DNA from: Convolutriloba macropyga
Lineage: Eukaryota
Direction of reading: 5' to 3'
Length of the DNA: 64,000 nucleotides
Assembly: GCF_964194025.1 (NCBI RefSeq)
Contig: NC_134477.1
Location: forward strand, 37,324,001 to 37,388,000
Below the pieces are notes generated by a model that searched no databases, was not told the origin of the DNA, and saw nothing but the letters and a program-made list of their open reading frames with translations. Each line of letters begins with the position of its first letter. The stretch's first letter is position 1. This document shows, piece by piece, positions 1-11,912 of this stretch. Made by a program: the position numbers and the translations under genes.

Positions 1-50
1 TAATTGAAAAGTGAATCCAAAGAAAAGCTGATACAACTTGAATAACTGCT

Positions 51-371
51 TTATTTCAACTCGGAACAATGGTTTTGTTGATAAAATCTCAACTCTCCGT
101 TTGCTTTTCTGACCTTAGACGGCAGCCTAAAACAATTATCATCCATGCTTGAAAAATGATTTACTCCTTTTGATACGTTAACGTCGTCCAGAAAAGACCC
201 ATTAAATTGCAACAGATTGCAATTCAAAAAAGCTACTGGAAATTTTACCCATTCACCATCGATATGATGAGCAAATCCTTGATCGATAAAAACTGATTGA
301 ACTTGTTTCAAGTTTTTGGCTCCATTTACATCAATTATGGGTACAGAACGCCAACCCAGTATATTTAGCAT
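51..371 (-). pseudogene. Unknown ORF remnant, weakly reminiscent of a Polinton/adintovirus minor capsid (penton)
   Basis: 106-aa ORF of protein-like composition (MLNILG...FPVAFLNCNLLQF...DDVNV), bounded by stops; the family resemblance is only an impression. Confidence 0.2.
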
Positions 372-1089
372 TATATCGTTACAAATTTCATCATATCATC
401 GGAAAAATTTTTTATCGACATCTTTATCTCAAAAATCATGTACCCTGATCACTCAAACATGAAATAAAGAATATGTTAATTAACATCTGACCATCACTCC
501 AAAGGAATCTAAACACGGCCAACAACAGACGCACAGAAAAGCACCCACAGACAACACAACCAAAATGAAAAATTCATTTATATCACTGGACACTTCAGGA
601 CAGGGTTACTCCACAGAAGATGTCTCGTAGACAACTACACCAGCTTACCAAATGGCAAGACAAAAATTTCATTCTGGTGATATTTCCTTTTAGGTAAAAG
701 CAGAGCAGAATTTCATTTAGCGCGAAGTTTCATTTCACCTGTAAATAGTCTTACCTTTTCCACATGAGTTTAAAGCTATACAAAACAATAAACACAGTAT
801 ATAACTCATTATCAGGACCCCTCAACAGAAAAACGCAAATATATTGCATTAATAATTATTACATTCTATGTGCACTGCGCCCCCTTCTTTTGCCAAAATC
901 CTAATTTGTGTTGGAAAAACTAGTTCAGTTGAAAACACTGACGTCAAAAACGAAAAGTCAGCTGACGTCAATCGTCATACGTTTTATAATTCAAACATAT
1001 TTTCATACTTCGAGCACCGACAAGAAAAACTGAAAAAACACCCAGAATCACAAATTTGAAAAATTTCCATTGTCGATATACTGAGGATC

Positions 1090-1640
1090 AAAAATGTTCA
1101 TTCTTGATTATGTCGAGACAAATTCTGCTAAACAGTAATTGCACATTTTCAACCAACTGAGCAATTTTGATTTATAAATGCAGCTTGAAGGTTTTTACAA
1201 TAAAAATAACTTCTTATCTCCAGGACATTTAAGTCTGAGGAGAAAACTCAATAATAAGTTATCTGACATACCAAAAAATGTTCATGCTTGATTATGTCGA
1301 GACAAATTCTGCTAAAAAATAATCACACATTTTCAACCAACAGAGCAATTTTGATTTATAAATGCAGCTTGAAGGTTTTTACAAAAAAAATAACTTCTTA
1401 TCTCCAGGACATTTAAGTCTGAGGAGAAAACTCAATAATAAGTTATCTGACATACCAAAAAATGTTCATGCTTGATTATGTCGAGACAAATTCTGCTAAA
1501 AAATAATCACACATTTTCAACCAACAGAGCAATATTGATTTATAAATGCAGCTTGAAGGTTTTTACAATAAAAATAACTTTTTATCTCGAGGACATTTAA
1601 GTCTGAGGAGAAAACTCAATAATAAGTGATCTGACTTACC
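1090..1640. repeat. Tandem repeat, 3 x 184 bp
   Basis: TGTCGAGACA recurs at 1111, 1295 and 1479 with near-identical surrounding sequence. Confidence 0.95.
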
Positions 1641-3714
1641 TCGAAGCTCAGACAGTTAATTATTTAATATTTAACTTTATCCTACAGTCAAACAAGACTT
1701 GTGAACTTAAGTAAGCCCTGTTTAACTTCATTTTAATTAGAAAACAAAAAAGATTTCCTTGAAAAACCTTCTCTTTATATTACTAATCGTTAGATTGTTA
1801 AAACAATAGCAATGACTCACTAAAAGGTATAGAACTTATGTATCAACAAAAGCTACTGTTGGCAGAAAAATTTGTAAACATCCAATTTCTGGTACCATTT
1901 CCTCGATTGGACACAAATACATTAACAGTTGAAAAACTTATCACTTCTATTTAACGATTCTTGGCTTCAATATGAAATTGGATGGGATCCTAATCGTCAG
2001 CACCCTTGATGTAAATTTTACATAATAATCCCAGCTGCACGGTTCGTCAGACGGAGTGGAGCCACGATGTCCGAAATCCGATTATAGTCAGTTAAATCTG
2101 ACACAACTCACAACCTTCTGAATTTCCGGTTTTTGATACATTAAGTTAATCCTATCAATTAGAACGGAAAGTGTTTTCCAAATTTCTTTCCAATTCTTTG
2201 ACGGTCATGTTTACTTTGCCTATTTTAATACTGCACTCAAAGTTTGATTGTGTTCGTGTACTCTCAGAATATGATTTTGTTGCTACCTTAGATTGAGATG
2301 ATTGACTTTGCTGCAGGAAGTAATAAAGCCATGTCGAACTACCTCTCCCAGCAAAAAAGCATTGACTCGAGTGATTGAGTCCAGCACCAATGCATGTTCG
2401 TCAGCAGAAGCAGATGATTATTTGTGAACGAAATTCTTCTGCAGCGAAAAGCATTTCTTTTATTGTTCTTAAAGTATAAAATCCCTTCAAAATGTTAATA
2501 CCAATGATTACAAAAATTTTGTCAAAATTAGTAGGAGTAGTAATAGTAATAATAATTATAAGTAATAAGTAAGAGAATCATTGTTTAAGACCGAAAAGAG
2601 AACCCAAAATGACTGGGAAAACCATTCGCAAATGACTGCTTTTTTTCCTCAAAAGAAGGAAACAAAACCAGCTTTCGCCGGCTACCAAGGATAGGGAAGA
2701 ATCGTAAAGATGACATTATCTGGAAAGAGCCTTGAGTTTATCTGGACTGGATTCCGTAAAGAGTTCATTGTGGAGGCAGCTCTAATTGGTGATTCCATTA
2801 TCCATATTATTCAATTCCTTTGACAGTCATATTTAATTACCTATTTTAATACTGCACTCTCAAAGCCATGTCAAACTACCTCTCCCGGCAAAAAGCATTG
2901 TCGCGAGTGATTTAGTCAAACACCAATGCATGTTCGTCAGCAGCTGGTTATTTCATTAGACTTCTTCTGTGAAAAGCAGTTATTTTAGTGCTGTTGTTCT
3001 TAAAGTACAGCCCCCCTCTAAATTGTTAATCTCAATAATTACAATTATTTCGTAGAAGTAAGTAGTAGTCGTAGTAGCAGTAGCTTAATGACTGGGAAAA
3101 CCATTCGCAAATGACTGCTTTTTTCCCTCAAAAGAAGGAAACAAAACCAGCTTTCGCCGGCTACCAAGGATAGGGAAGAATCGTAAAGATGACATTATCT
3201 GGAAAGAGCCTTGAGTTTATCTGGACTGGATTCCGTAAAGAGTTCATTGTGGAGGCTGCTCTAATTGGTGATTCCATTATCCATATTATTTAATTCCTTT
3301 GACAGTCATATTTAATTACCTATTTTAATACTGCACTCTCAAAGCCATGTCAAACTACCTCTCCCGGCAAAAAGCATTGTCGCGAGTGATTTAGTCAAAC
3401 ACCAATGCATGTTCGTCAGCAGCTGGATATTTCATTAGACTTCTTCTGTGAAAAGCAGTTATTTTAGTGCTGTTGTTCTTAAAGTACAGCCCCCTCTAAA
3501 TTGTTAATCTCAATAATTACAATTATTTCGTAGAAGTAAGTAGTAGTAGTAGTAGCAGTAGTAGTAATAATAAAAGCAATAGTTATTATTGTTTAAGACC
3601 AATACGAGAATCCAAAACGATAAGGCGAAACATTTGCAAATGACTGCTTTTTACTTCAAAAGAAGAACACAAAACCAGTTTTCTCTGGCTACCAAGAACA
3701 GAGGAATCGCAAAG

Positions 3715-3935
3715 ATGAAATCTGGAAAGAACCTTGAGTCTATGTGAACCGCAATCCGTAACGACTTCATTGTGGACACTGCTCTAAATGGCGATTCTAT
3801 TATAGACATCATCAGTGTGATTGGTGTACAAACTTACTCATTGTCAGGCGGCAAGGTGAGGGATATGTACGAACTCATGCCAACTCTGAAGTCTTACAAA
3901 AAGATCATTGTGTCGGAGGCAATAACCTCTCCTAC
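3715..3935 (+). pseudogene. SGNH/GDSL hydrolase-like gene, 5' half
   Basis: ALNGDSII...SLSGG...KIIVS; stop at ~3745 and truncated. Confidence 0.7.
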
Positions 3936-4058
3936 TTTAAAACCGAAACATGAATCCAAAACGAGTAGGCGAAAAATTCGCAAATGACTGCGTTTTACTT
4001 TAAAAGAAGAACAAAACCAGCTTTCTCCGGCTACCAAGAACAGGGAAGAATAGTAAAG

Positions 4059-4405
4059 ATGACATCATCTGAAAAGAGCCTTGATTTTATGTGGACTGCA
4101 TTCGTAACGAGTTCATTCCGGAAACTGCTCTAATCGGTAATTCCATTATAAATATTATCAGTGTAAACGGTGTACAAACTTACTCTTTGTCCGGTGGCAA
4201 GGCGAGGGGTATGCCAACTCTGAAGTCTTACAAAATGATCTTTGTTAGTGTCGGAGGCAATAACCTCTCCTATTTCAACGAACTTGGCCAGACTCCCGGT
4301 AGTGTGCATGAAGAGCTGAAAAATTTGGAAGCAACAATCAAGAAGCTGGATCAGAAGCTGGATGTAGTTTGCATCATTCTTCAATATTGTCCCATTTGTG
4401 TCTGA
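4059..4405 (+). pseudogene. SGNH/GDSL hydrolase-like gene, 3'-deleted
   Basis: ALIGNSII, SLSGG, VGGNN motifs; block V (DxxH) deleted. Confidence 0.7.
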
Positions 4406-5893
4406 TTTTGTTTGGTTAGATTTTGCCTAATTGTTTTTTCTTACTTATATTCCTGATTTAAAATTTTTTCGATAAAATTGACAATTTGTGTGTTGTCTGC
4501 TTTAGTCATTTATGGCATCGTACGGAACTCTCCTCCAATTTACTTCGCTTCTTGATTTGAATTCAATCAATTTTTGACTCTGTTTAAACGCTTTGTTAAA
4601 TGTAAACTTTAAAATATTTGTTGATATTTCAATTTAGAATTCTTAAATCGGAAACAGTGTTAGTCTTTACGCTTCGTTTTTGAGTCTTGTTGACTGAAAA
4701 ACCTTTCTGCGTTCTTGAAAACTAATAATTAGTTTTTTTGCCTTCCTGCAAAAGGTAGCATAACAAAACAATCCCAGCTGCACGAGTCGTTGCACGGAGG
4801 GAGGCCATGAGGTCCGAAATCCGATTTCAGTCAAATAAAGTCCTTTGACTATCATGTTTATTTTAACTATTTTAATACTGCACTCAAAGTTTGATTGTGT
4901 TCCTGTACTCTCAGAATATGATTTCGTTGCTACCTTAGATTGAGATGATTGACTTTGCTGCAGGCAGGAAGTAATAAAGCCATGTCGATCTACCTCTCCC
5001 AGCAAAAAAGCATTGACCCGAGTGATTGAGTCCAGCACCAATGCATGTTCGTCAGCAGAAGCAGATGATGATTTGTGTATGAAATTCTTCTGCAGCGAAA
5101 AGCATTTCTTTTATTGTTCTTAAAGTATATAACCCCTTCAAAATGTTAATACCAATGATTAGTAGGAGTAGTAATTGTCAAAATTAGTAGGAGTAGTAAT
5201 AGTAATAATAATTATAAGTAATAAGTAAGAGAATTATTGTTTAAGACCGAAAAGAGAACCCAAAATGACTGGGAAAACCATTCGCAAATGACTGCTTTTT
5301 TCCTCAAAAGAAGGAAACAAAACCAGCTTTCTCCGGCTACCAAGGATAGGGAAGAATCGTAAAGATGACATTATCTGGAAAGAGTCTTGAGTTTATCTGG
5401 ACTGGATTCCGTAAAGAGTTCATTGTGGACGCTGCTCTAATTGGTGATTCCATTATCCATATTATTCAATTCCTTTGACAGTCATATTTAATTACCTATT
5501 TTAATACTGCACTCTCAGAGCCATGTCAAATTACCTCTCCCAGCAAAAAGCATTGTCGCGAGTGATTTAGTCAAACACCAATGCATGTTCGTCAGCAGCA
5601 GCAGCTGGTTATTTCATTAGAATTCTTCTGTGAAAAGCAGTTACCTTAGTGCTGTTGTTCTTAAAGTACAGCCCCCCTCTAAATTGTTAATCTCAATAAT
5701 TACAATTATTTCGTCGAAGTAAGTAGTAGTAGTAGCAATAGTAGTAATAATAATAGCAATAGTATTATTGTTTAAGACCAATACGAGAATCCAAAAGGAG
5801 TAGGCGAAACATTTGCAAATGACTGCTTTTTACTTCAATAGAAGAACACAAAACCAGTTTTCTCTGGCTACCAAGAAGAGAGGAATCGTAAAG

Positions 5894-6587
5894 ATGAAAT
5901 CTGGAAAGAACCTTGAGTCTATGTGGACCGCAATCCGTAACGAATTCTTTGTGGACACTGCTCTAAATGGCGATTCTATTATAGACATCATCAGTGTGAT
6001 TGGTGTACAAACTTACTCATTGTCAGGCGGCAAGGTGAGGGATATGTACGAACTCATGCCAACTCTGAAGTCTTACAAAAAGATCATTGTGTCGGAGGCA
6101 ATAAACTCTCCTACTTTAAAACCGAAACAAGAATCCAAAACGAGCAGGCGAAAAAATTGCAAATGACTGCGTTTTACTTTAAAAAGAAGAACAAAACCAG
6201 CTTTCTCCGGCTACCAAGAACAGGGAAGAATCGTAAAGATGACATCATCTGGAAAGAGCCTTGATTTTATGTGGACTGCATTCGTAACGAGTTCATTCTG
6301 GAAACTGCTCTAATCGGTAACTCCATTATAAATATTATCAGTGTAAACGGTGTACAAACTTACTCTTTGCCGACGGCAAGGCGAGGGGTATGCCAACTCT
6401 GAAGTCTTACAAAATGATCTTTGTTAGTATCGGAGGCAATAGCCTCTCCTATTTCAACGAACCTGGCCAGACTCCCGGTAGAGTGCATGAAACGCTGAAA
6501 AATTTGGACGCAACAGTCAAGAAGCTGGATCAGAAGCTGGATGCAGTTATTTGCATCGTTCTTCAATTCTGTCCAATTTGTGTCTGA
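5894..6587 (+). pseudogene. Two further SGNH-like copies (duplicate of 3715-4405)
   Basis: ORFs 5813..6166 and 6390..6587 nearly identical to 3772..3987 and 4091..4405. Confidence 0.7.
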
Positions 6588-7380
6588 TTTTGTTTGGTTA
6601 GATTTTGCGTAATTGTTTTTTTTTTTACTTACATTCCTGTTTTCAAATTTCTTCGATAAAATTGACAATTTGTGTGTTGTCTGCTTTAGTCATTTATGGC
6701 ATTGTACGGAACTGTCCTGCAATTTACTTCGCTTCTTGATTTGAATTCAATCAATTTTTGGCTCTGTTTAAATGTTTTTTAAATGTAGAACTTTAAAATG
6801 TTTGTTGATATTTCAATTTAGAATTCTTAAATCGGTAACAGTGTTAGTCTTTACGCTTCGTTTTTGAGTCTTGTTGACTGAAAGACCTTTCTGCGTTCTT
6901 AAAAACTAATAATTAGTTTTTTTTGCCTTCTTGCAAAAGGTAGCATAACAAAACAATCCCTGCTGCACGAGTCGTTTCACGGAGGGAGGCCATGAGGTCC
7001 GATATCCGATATCAGTCAAATAAAGTCCTTTGACTATCATGTTCACTTTAACTATTTTAATACTGCACTCAAAGTTTGATTGTGTTCCTGTACTTTCAGA
7101 ATATGATTTTGTTGCTACCTTAGATTGAGATGATTGAACCTGCTGCAGAAGGTAATGAAGCATTGTCCAACTACCTCTCCCAGCAAAAAGCAGTGACGCG
7201 AGTGATTGAGTCAAACACCAATGCATTTTCCTCAGCAGAAGCAGGCGATTATTTATTTAGAATTCTTCTGCTGTGAAAGGCAGTTGTTTTAGTGGTGTTG
7301 GTCTTACAGTATAGCCCTCTTTAAATGTTAATACCAATAATTACAATTATTTTGTCAAAATAGGTAATAGTAGTAGTAAA

Positions 7381-10370
7381 CAAAAATGGGGGGGGGGGCA
7401 AAATCCATCCTCACTTCCACGTGGTGCCCCTGTGGTAAGCGTTTTGGCGCTCAGTCCCTAAGCTGAGCTAACGAGGCAATGGTTCTCTAGTTGGTGGCGC
7501 GACTAATTGTATTATAGCCAACAACCCTATAACAAGATTCCAACTGATGAGAAAGACCCCGAGTCCCGGGCAAGGGGTGCTAAGAATCTCACGCGGAATG
7601 GACGCTTGCTCATGCTGGTTGTCTGCAGACTCTTAAAATGGACTTAGCAAAGTACGAGCAAAGTACGATTCAAGAAACCAGACATGACGAACAGGAGATT
7701 GACCTTCGAACGCACAAACTTTTCTTGACCAACTCACTTAGTTCCTCCAATCGTTCCAAGCAAGCAGGTGTGGGTATTTTTGTTAAGAAGACACTGCTTG
7801 GCTGCATAATCGCAAATGTGACTGAATGAACGCTTGTGCTACTTCAAATTTGCTTGCTGTGCAACAAAGAACAAATTTGATTGTCATTGTGTGTTATGCG
7901 CCGACAAATGAAGCGGATATTCAAACAAAGGAAGATTTTTGGAACACACTAACAAGTTTGACACACCACTTCAGAGGAAGGGACGCAACTGTCTTATTGG
8001 AGACTCCAATGCAGAGCCGGAAGTAATAAAGAGAGCGAACATCTATGCATTGGCCCTTTTGGTTTTGGCGAAGAGAACGATAACACAAAAACTTCTGGGT
8101 CTGTGTGACGCAAACCAACTTCTGATTGGAGGAACATAGGTTTGTCGCCGTTTTATGCATAGTTACACCTTCAACCGTCCGGACAAAAAATGTCGGAAGA
8201 GAATGTTGAATTATGTATTGCTCTCAATCGCAGTTGTCAGAACCAGAAGGGGAAATTTAATTTGAATGACCATGAATTATTAACAGCACATTTAGATCTT
8301 AAACTGCAGAACTCTCAACTTCGTAAACCTGCGAAAATTAACCCGACGAAATTGCATGACGAAGTGGATCGAAACAAGTTCAACGAACTAGTGAACAGAA
8401 AATTGCACGAGACGGAGGACATTAACGACGTTGAACAATCATGGCTCATCTTTCGCAGTGCTCTTAACGAAGCTGCCTCAAAGATTCTTGTCCAGGATAG
8501 AACAGAACAAGCCTTCGATATCTAAAGAGACAGTCGATCTGATAAAGAGAGGCAAGTTGCAGTTAAAAAAAACTCAAGCAAAGCGGAGGCTTTGTCTGAG
8601 ACCAATTTGAAGAGAAACCAACTATAAACCGCACTAAATTTAACAAAGCGGAGGCTTTGTTAGAATTTGATGACTGCTTCAAACTTGTGCCAAAAAGCTG
8701 TGCGGGCGGATAGAAGAAAATGGCTCAATGAAAAGGGTACTCTGGTTCAAGAATTTGCTGATAAAGGTCGCATCAAATAAATGTTTGGCGAAACAAAGCT
8801 TGTTTGCAGAAAGTCGTGTCCACAAACAACAAAGCCCACGTCTAAAGATGGCCAAGTGCTAGGAAAGTGCTTTGACGTCAGAGCTGGAGTTCGTCAAGGT
8901 GACGTATGGTCTCCATTCCTGTTTGGACTTGTCATCAATTAAGTTTTGGCAAACTCGGTGCGTGGTGAAATAGACATTGGCCAAAATGTTGCGGACCTTG
9001 ACTTTGCTGATGATGTTGCCCTTGTGGGAAATTGTGATCCGGATGTTGAGAACCTACATAAGATTTAAAAAACTGCTCAGGTTGGTCTCCTGATTAACGT
9101 TAGCAAGACCAAAAACAGGGGAGTATCGTTTCAACACCCGATGGCCTCAACATCAGCATAGCAAAATCAAGTCGAGATTATAACAGGATGTTATAAAGGA
9201 CAAACTGGATTCCTCGGGTAGATAGACAAAGTCTGGAGTTTATCCATTGGCACGGAGGTGCTCAAGGGAAAAAAGAAAAAAAGCAAGCTGGTTTGAAAGG
9301 AGACAAGATCCGTTTAAAACATTTGAAATGCAAGACCATGTCACAATGGACCACCGGAACCTACCAACGAATCAAAAGTATGCTCGAAGTTTGAGCGCTG
9401 TTTTGATACTGTGGTTGGACGAAAAGGACACGAGTCAAGATATTGCAAGAAAGCTGATGCAAACAAAACCTCAGTTAGTGAAACCCATTGGTGCAAAGTT
9501 CAAAAACCTTGAAAAGAGCTTAAGATGGAATAGATGCGAACAAAAATTAAAATCTGTTAACGGTCGAAAAGCACATGAAGCGAGATATTGCGGTAAACTG
9601 AAAGCCAGAGCTAATAAAAGTTTTTCTAGCAGTGTAAAGGACGCTTCGGGTACCGGATTTGAGAGCGTTCATGCATTCAAGTTTCTACGTCAATTTACAG
9701 GACCGGTGATGCAAAAGAAATTATCTGTAAATTGGCTGAAGGTGGACAACGCTTCAGAACATCTGGAAAAACAAACAATTAGCGACAGCATTGAAAAGCA
9801 AGCTTTACAGAGCGTTCACCTTGACAGCGGTGTTGTACAGCTCAGAGACACGGACGATAAACAAAGCGTTGGAGAAAACACTTGATAGCTTTCACTTCAA
9901 CTGCCTACGTCGTATACTTTGTTTGTCTTACATGACGAAAATAACAGTCTGTGCTCAACAAAACACAGATGCCAGCTATATCAAAAAGTATCATGATTAG
10001 ACGCTTTAAATGGTTTGGACACGTCCAAAGAATGGAGAGCGACAGACTGCCAAGGAAAGCTCTGGAATGGAACCCCACTGAGCATTATCCAAACGCCGTG
10101 AAAGCTGTCGGAGGACAGCGAGAGTTACGGCTAGATCAACTGCAAAACGATTGCAAAGGAAATAAGATAGATTTCTCAGTGGTTCAAGTAAGAGCTTATA
10201 GCAATTCGAGATCAGTCTTCAAAAAATTCGTCAATGAAAAGTTTCTTGCTTAACTAATAACTTGATGCTGATTTAATTTAATGATTGCTACATTTATATT
10301 CTTGCCCTAAATCCATGCTTGATTGTCTTGTAATAGTGTCTTTAGTTCTTAGTGGGATTCAAGTTGTATC
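7381..10370 (+). mobile_element. RTE-like non-LTR retrotransposon, internally deleted and decayed
   Basis: APE endonuclease motifs (IQETR, AGVGIFV, CYAPTNEAD, LIGDSNA, DHELL); RT motifs GVRQGDVWSPFLF, DLDFADDVAL (FADD at 9003), GLLINVSKTK; RTE C-terminus KSKLYRAF..VLYSSET..CLRRIL..RRFKWFGHVQRM; candidate TSD AGTAGTAAA at 7372-7380 and 10371-10379; N-terminal RT half lost at ~8860. Confidence 0.9.
7392..7482 (+). ncRNA. Candidate HDV-like self-cleaving ribozyme at the LINE 5' end
   Basis: P1 GGGGGC/GCCCCT, P2 CCAT-CCTC/GAGG-(CA)-ATGG, P3 ACT/GGT, L3 TCCACGT, P4 hairpins, J4/2 GCTAA with putative catalytic C7468. Confidence 0.6.
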
Positions 10371-10520
10371 AGTAGTAAAAATAATAATAGTAATAAGTAA
10401 CAGTATTATTGTTTAAGACCGGGACTGGACGAACCATTCGCAAATGACTGCTTCTTACCTCAAAAGAAGAAAACAAAACCAGCTTCCTCCGGCTACCAAG
10501 AACAGGGAAGAATAGTAAAG

Positions 10521-11077
10521 ATGACATCATCTGGAAAGAGCCTTGATTATATTTGGACTGCATTCCGTAACGAGTTCATTTTGGACACCGCTCTAATCGG
10601 TAATTCCATTATCCACATTATCAGTGTAAACGGTGTACAAACTTGCTCTTTGTCCGGCGGCAACGCGAGGGATATGCCAACTCTGAAGTCTTACGAAATG
10701 ATCGTTGTTAGTATCGGAGGCAATAACCTCTCCTATTTCAACGAACCTGGCCATAGTCCCGGTAGTGTCCTTGAGAAGCTAAGTATTTGGAGGCAGCAAT
10801 CAAGAAGCTGGACCAGAAGCCGGATGTAATTATTTGCACCGTTCTTCGACAACTCAAAGCAAATGATTTTTTGATCAAACGCTTAAACGAATTATTGGAA
10901 AGCTCAGACGTCCGATCTAATAGTCTTCCTCGCAAAGTGTGCAAAACGAGATCCACGGAAGACAGGATCCACTTGACGGAGAAGGGCAGGAAGAGGCAGC
11001 AAGGGAAGGGCAGGAAGGGCAGCAAGGGTCTGCTGGAGCTTACGAAAAACAAGTTCAACGATTCTGTCCAATTTTAA
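10521..11077 (+). pseudogene. Most complete SGNH/GDSL hydrolase-like copy
   Basis: LIGNSII (block I), SLSGG (II), IGGNN (III), EDRIHLT (V); frameshift near 10780 and a repetitive insertion at 10985-11030. Confidence 0.75.
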
Positions 11078-11624
11078 TTTGCGATTTCGTTGTTTTGTTA
11101 GATCTTGCGTGATTGTTTTCTTTCGTACTTATATCTTGATTTCAAAATCCTTTGATGATATTGACAATATTAGTGTCATCTGCTTTATTCATTCATGGCA
11201 TTGTACGTAACACTCCTGCAATTTACTTTGCTAGCTTCTTGATTTGAATTCAATCAATTTTTGGCACTGTTTTTGGTTTTGTTAAATTCACTTTAAAATA
11301 GATAGGTGTGTTGAAATTATTTACATGCTATACCTACGTATTTCTGGCTTCGTATGTGCACTCTACAGAACTTTATTTGACGTTTTAGAGGCTGTCAAAC
11401 ACTGCGTCTCTGTGACCAATTGTTCACACCGGTTTTTTAGATTTTAAAGTAACAGTGATATTTGCATGACGAGAGAAATTGAATTACGGGCAAATTTTAA
11501 TGGTTGAATATTTTTGTCTCCTGCAATTAGTTCAATATATTATTTTTAAAATGAAAAGTGCTGCCAAATAGATCGCTTGTTTTGTCGTCAAGTGGACACG
11601 AATAATCAGCTCTAACAATCAGAT

Positions 11625-11912
11625 TTGGGGCCAAAAAAAGATAGATCGGCTTTGTGCCTTGACAACGAAAAAATTACTTTGTACCCGTATGGAGAACCAG
11701 AAAATTATGTGCCGCTTAAGCAAAGTCTGAGGTCTTTCAACACTGCTGAATTAGCAGCGACAAGAGCAAAAATGTCAAGGTGTGCTTCCAATGCAGGTCC
11801 TGTGGTCAGCAACGAAGAGGTTTACGCTCTATCTCAAGAGAAGAAAACACAACCACATCTGCGGAAGCCTGTTCCTCGGCTGGTTCAGTTCTTGATGTTG
11901 AATCTATTGAGG
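11625..11912 (+). pseudogene. Unknown gene remnant (GPKK...YPYGEPENYV...), repeated at ~16785-16870 and 17638-17993
   Basis: Three homologous copies with shared upstream sequence; two end at a G|GTA donor-like site (11912, 17992). Confidence 0.45.

Noticed and set aside
738-753. 16-nt GTAAGACTATTTACAG on minus, resembling an ultrashort intron
   Set aside because: Single instance; more simply a deletion-collapsed intron or chance, and other introns here are about 110 nt
938-971. Twin TGACGTCA motifs
   Set aside because: Plausible CRE-like sites but no supportable linked gene
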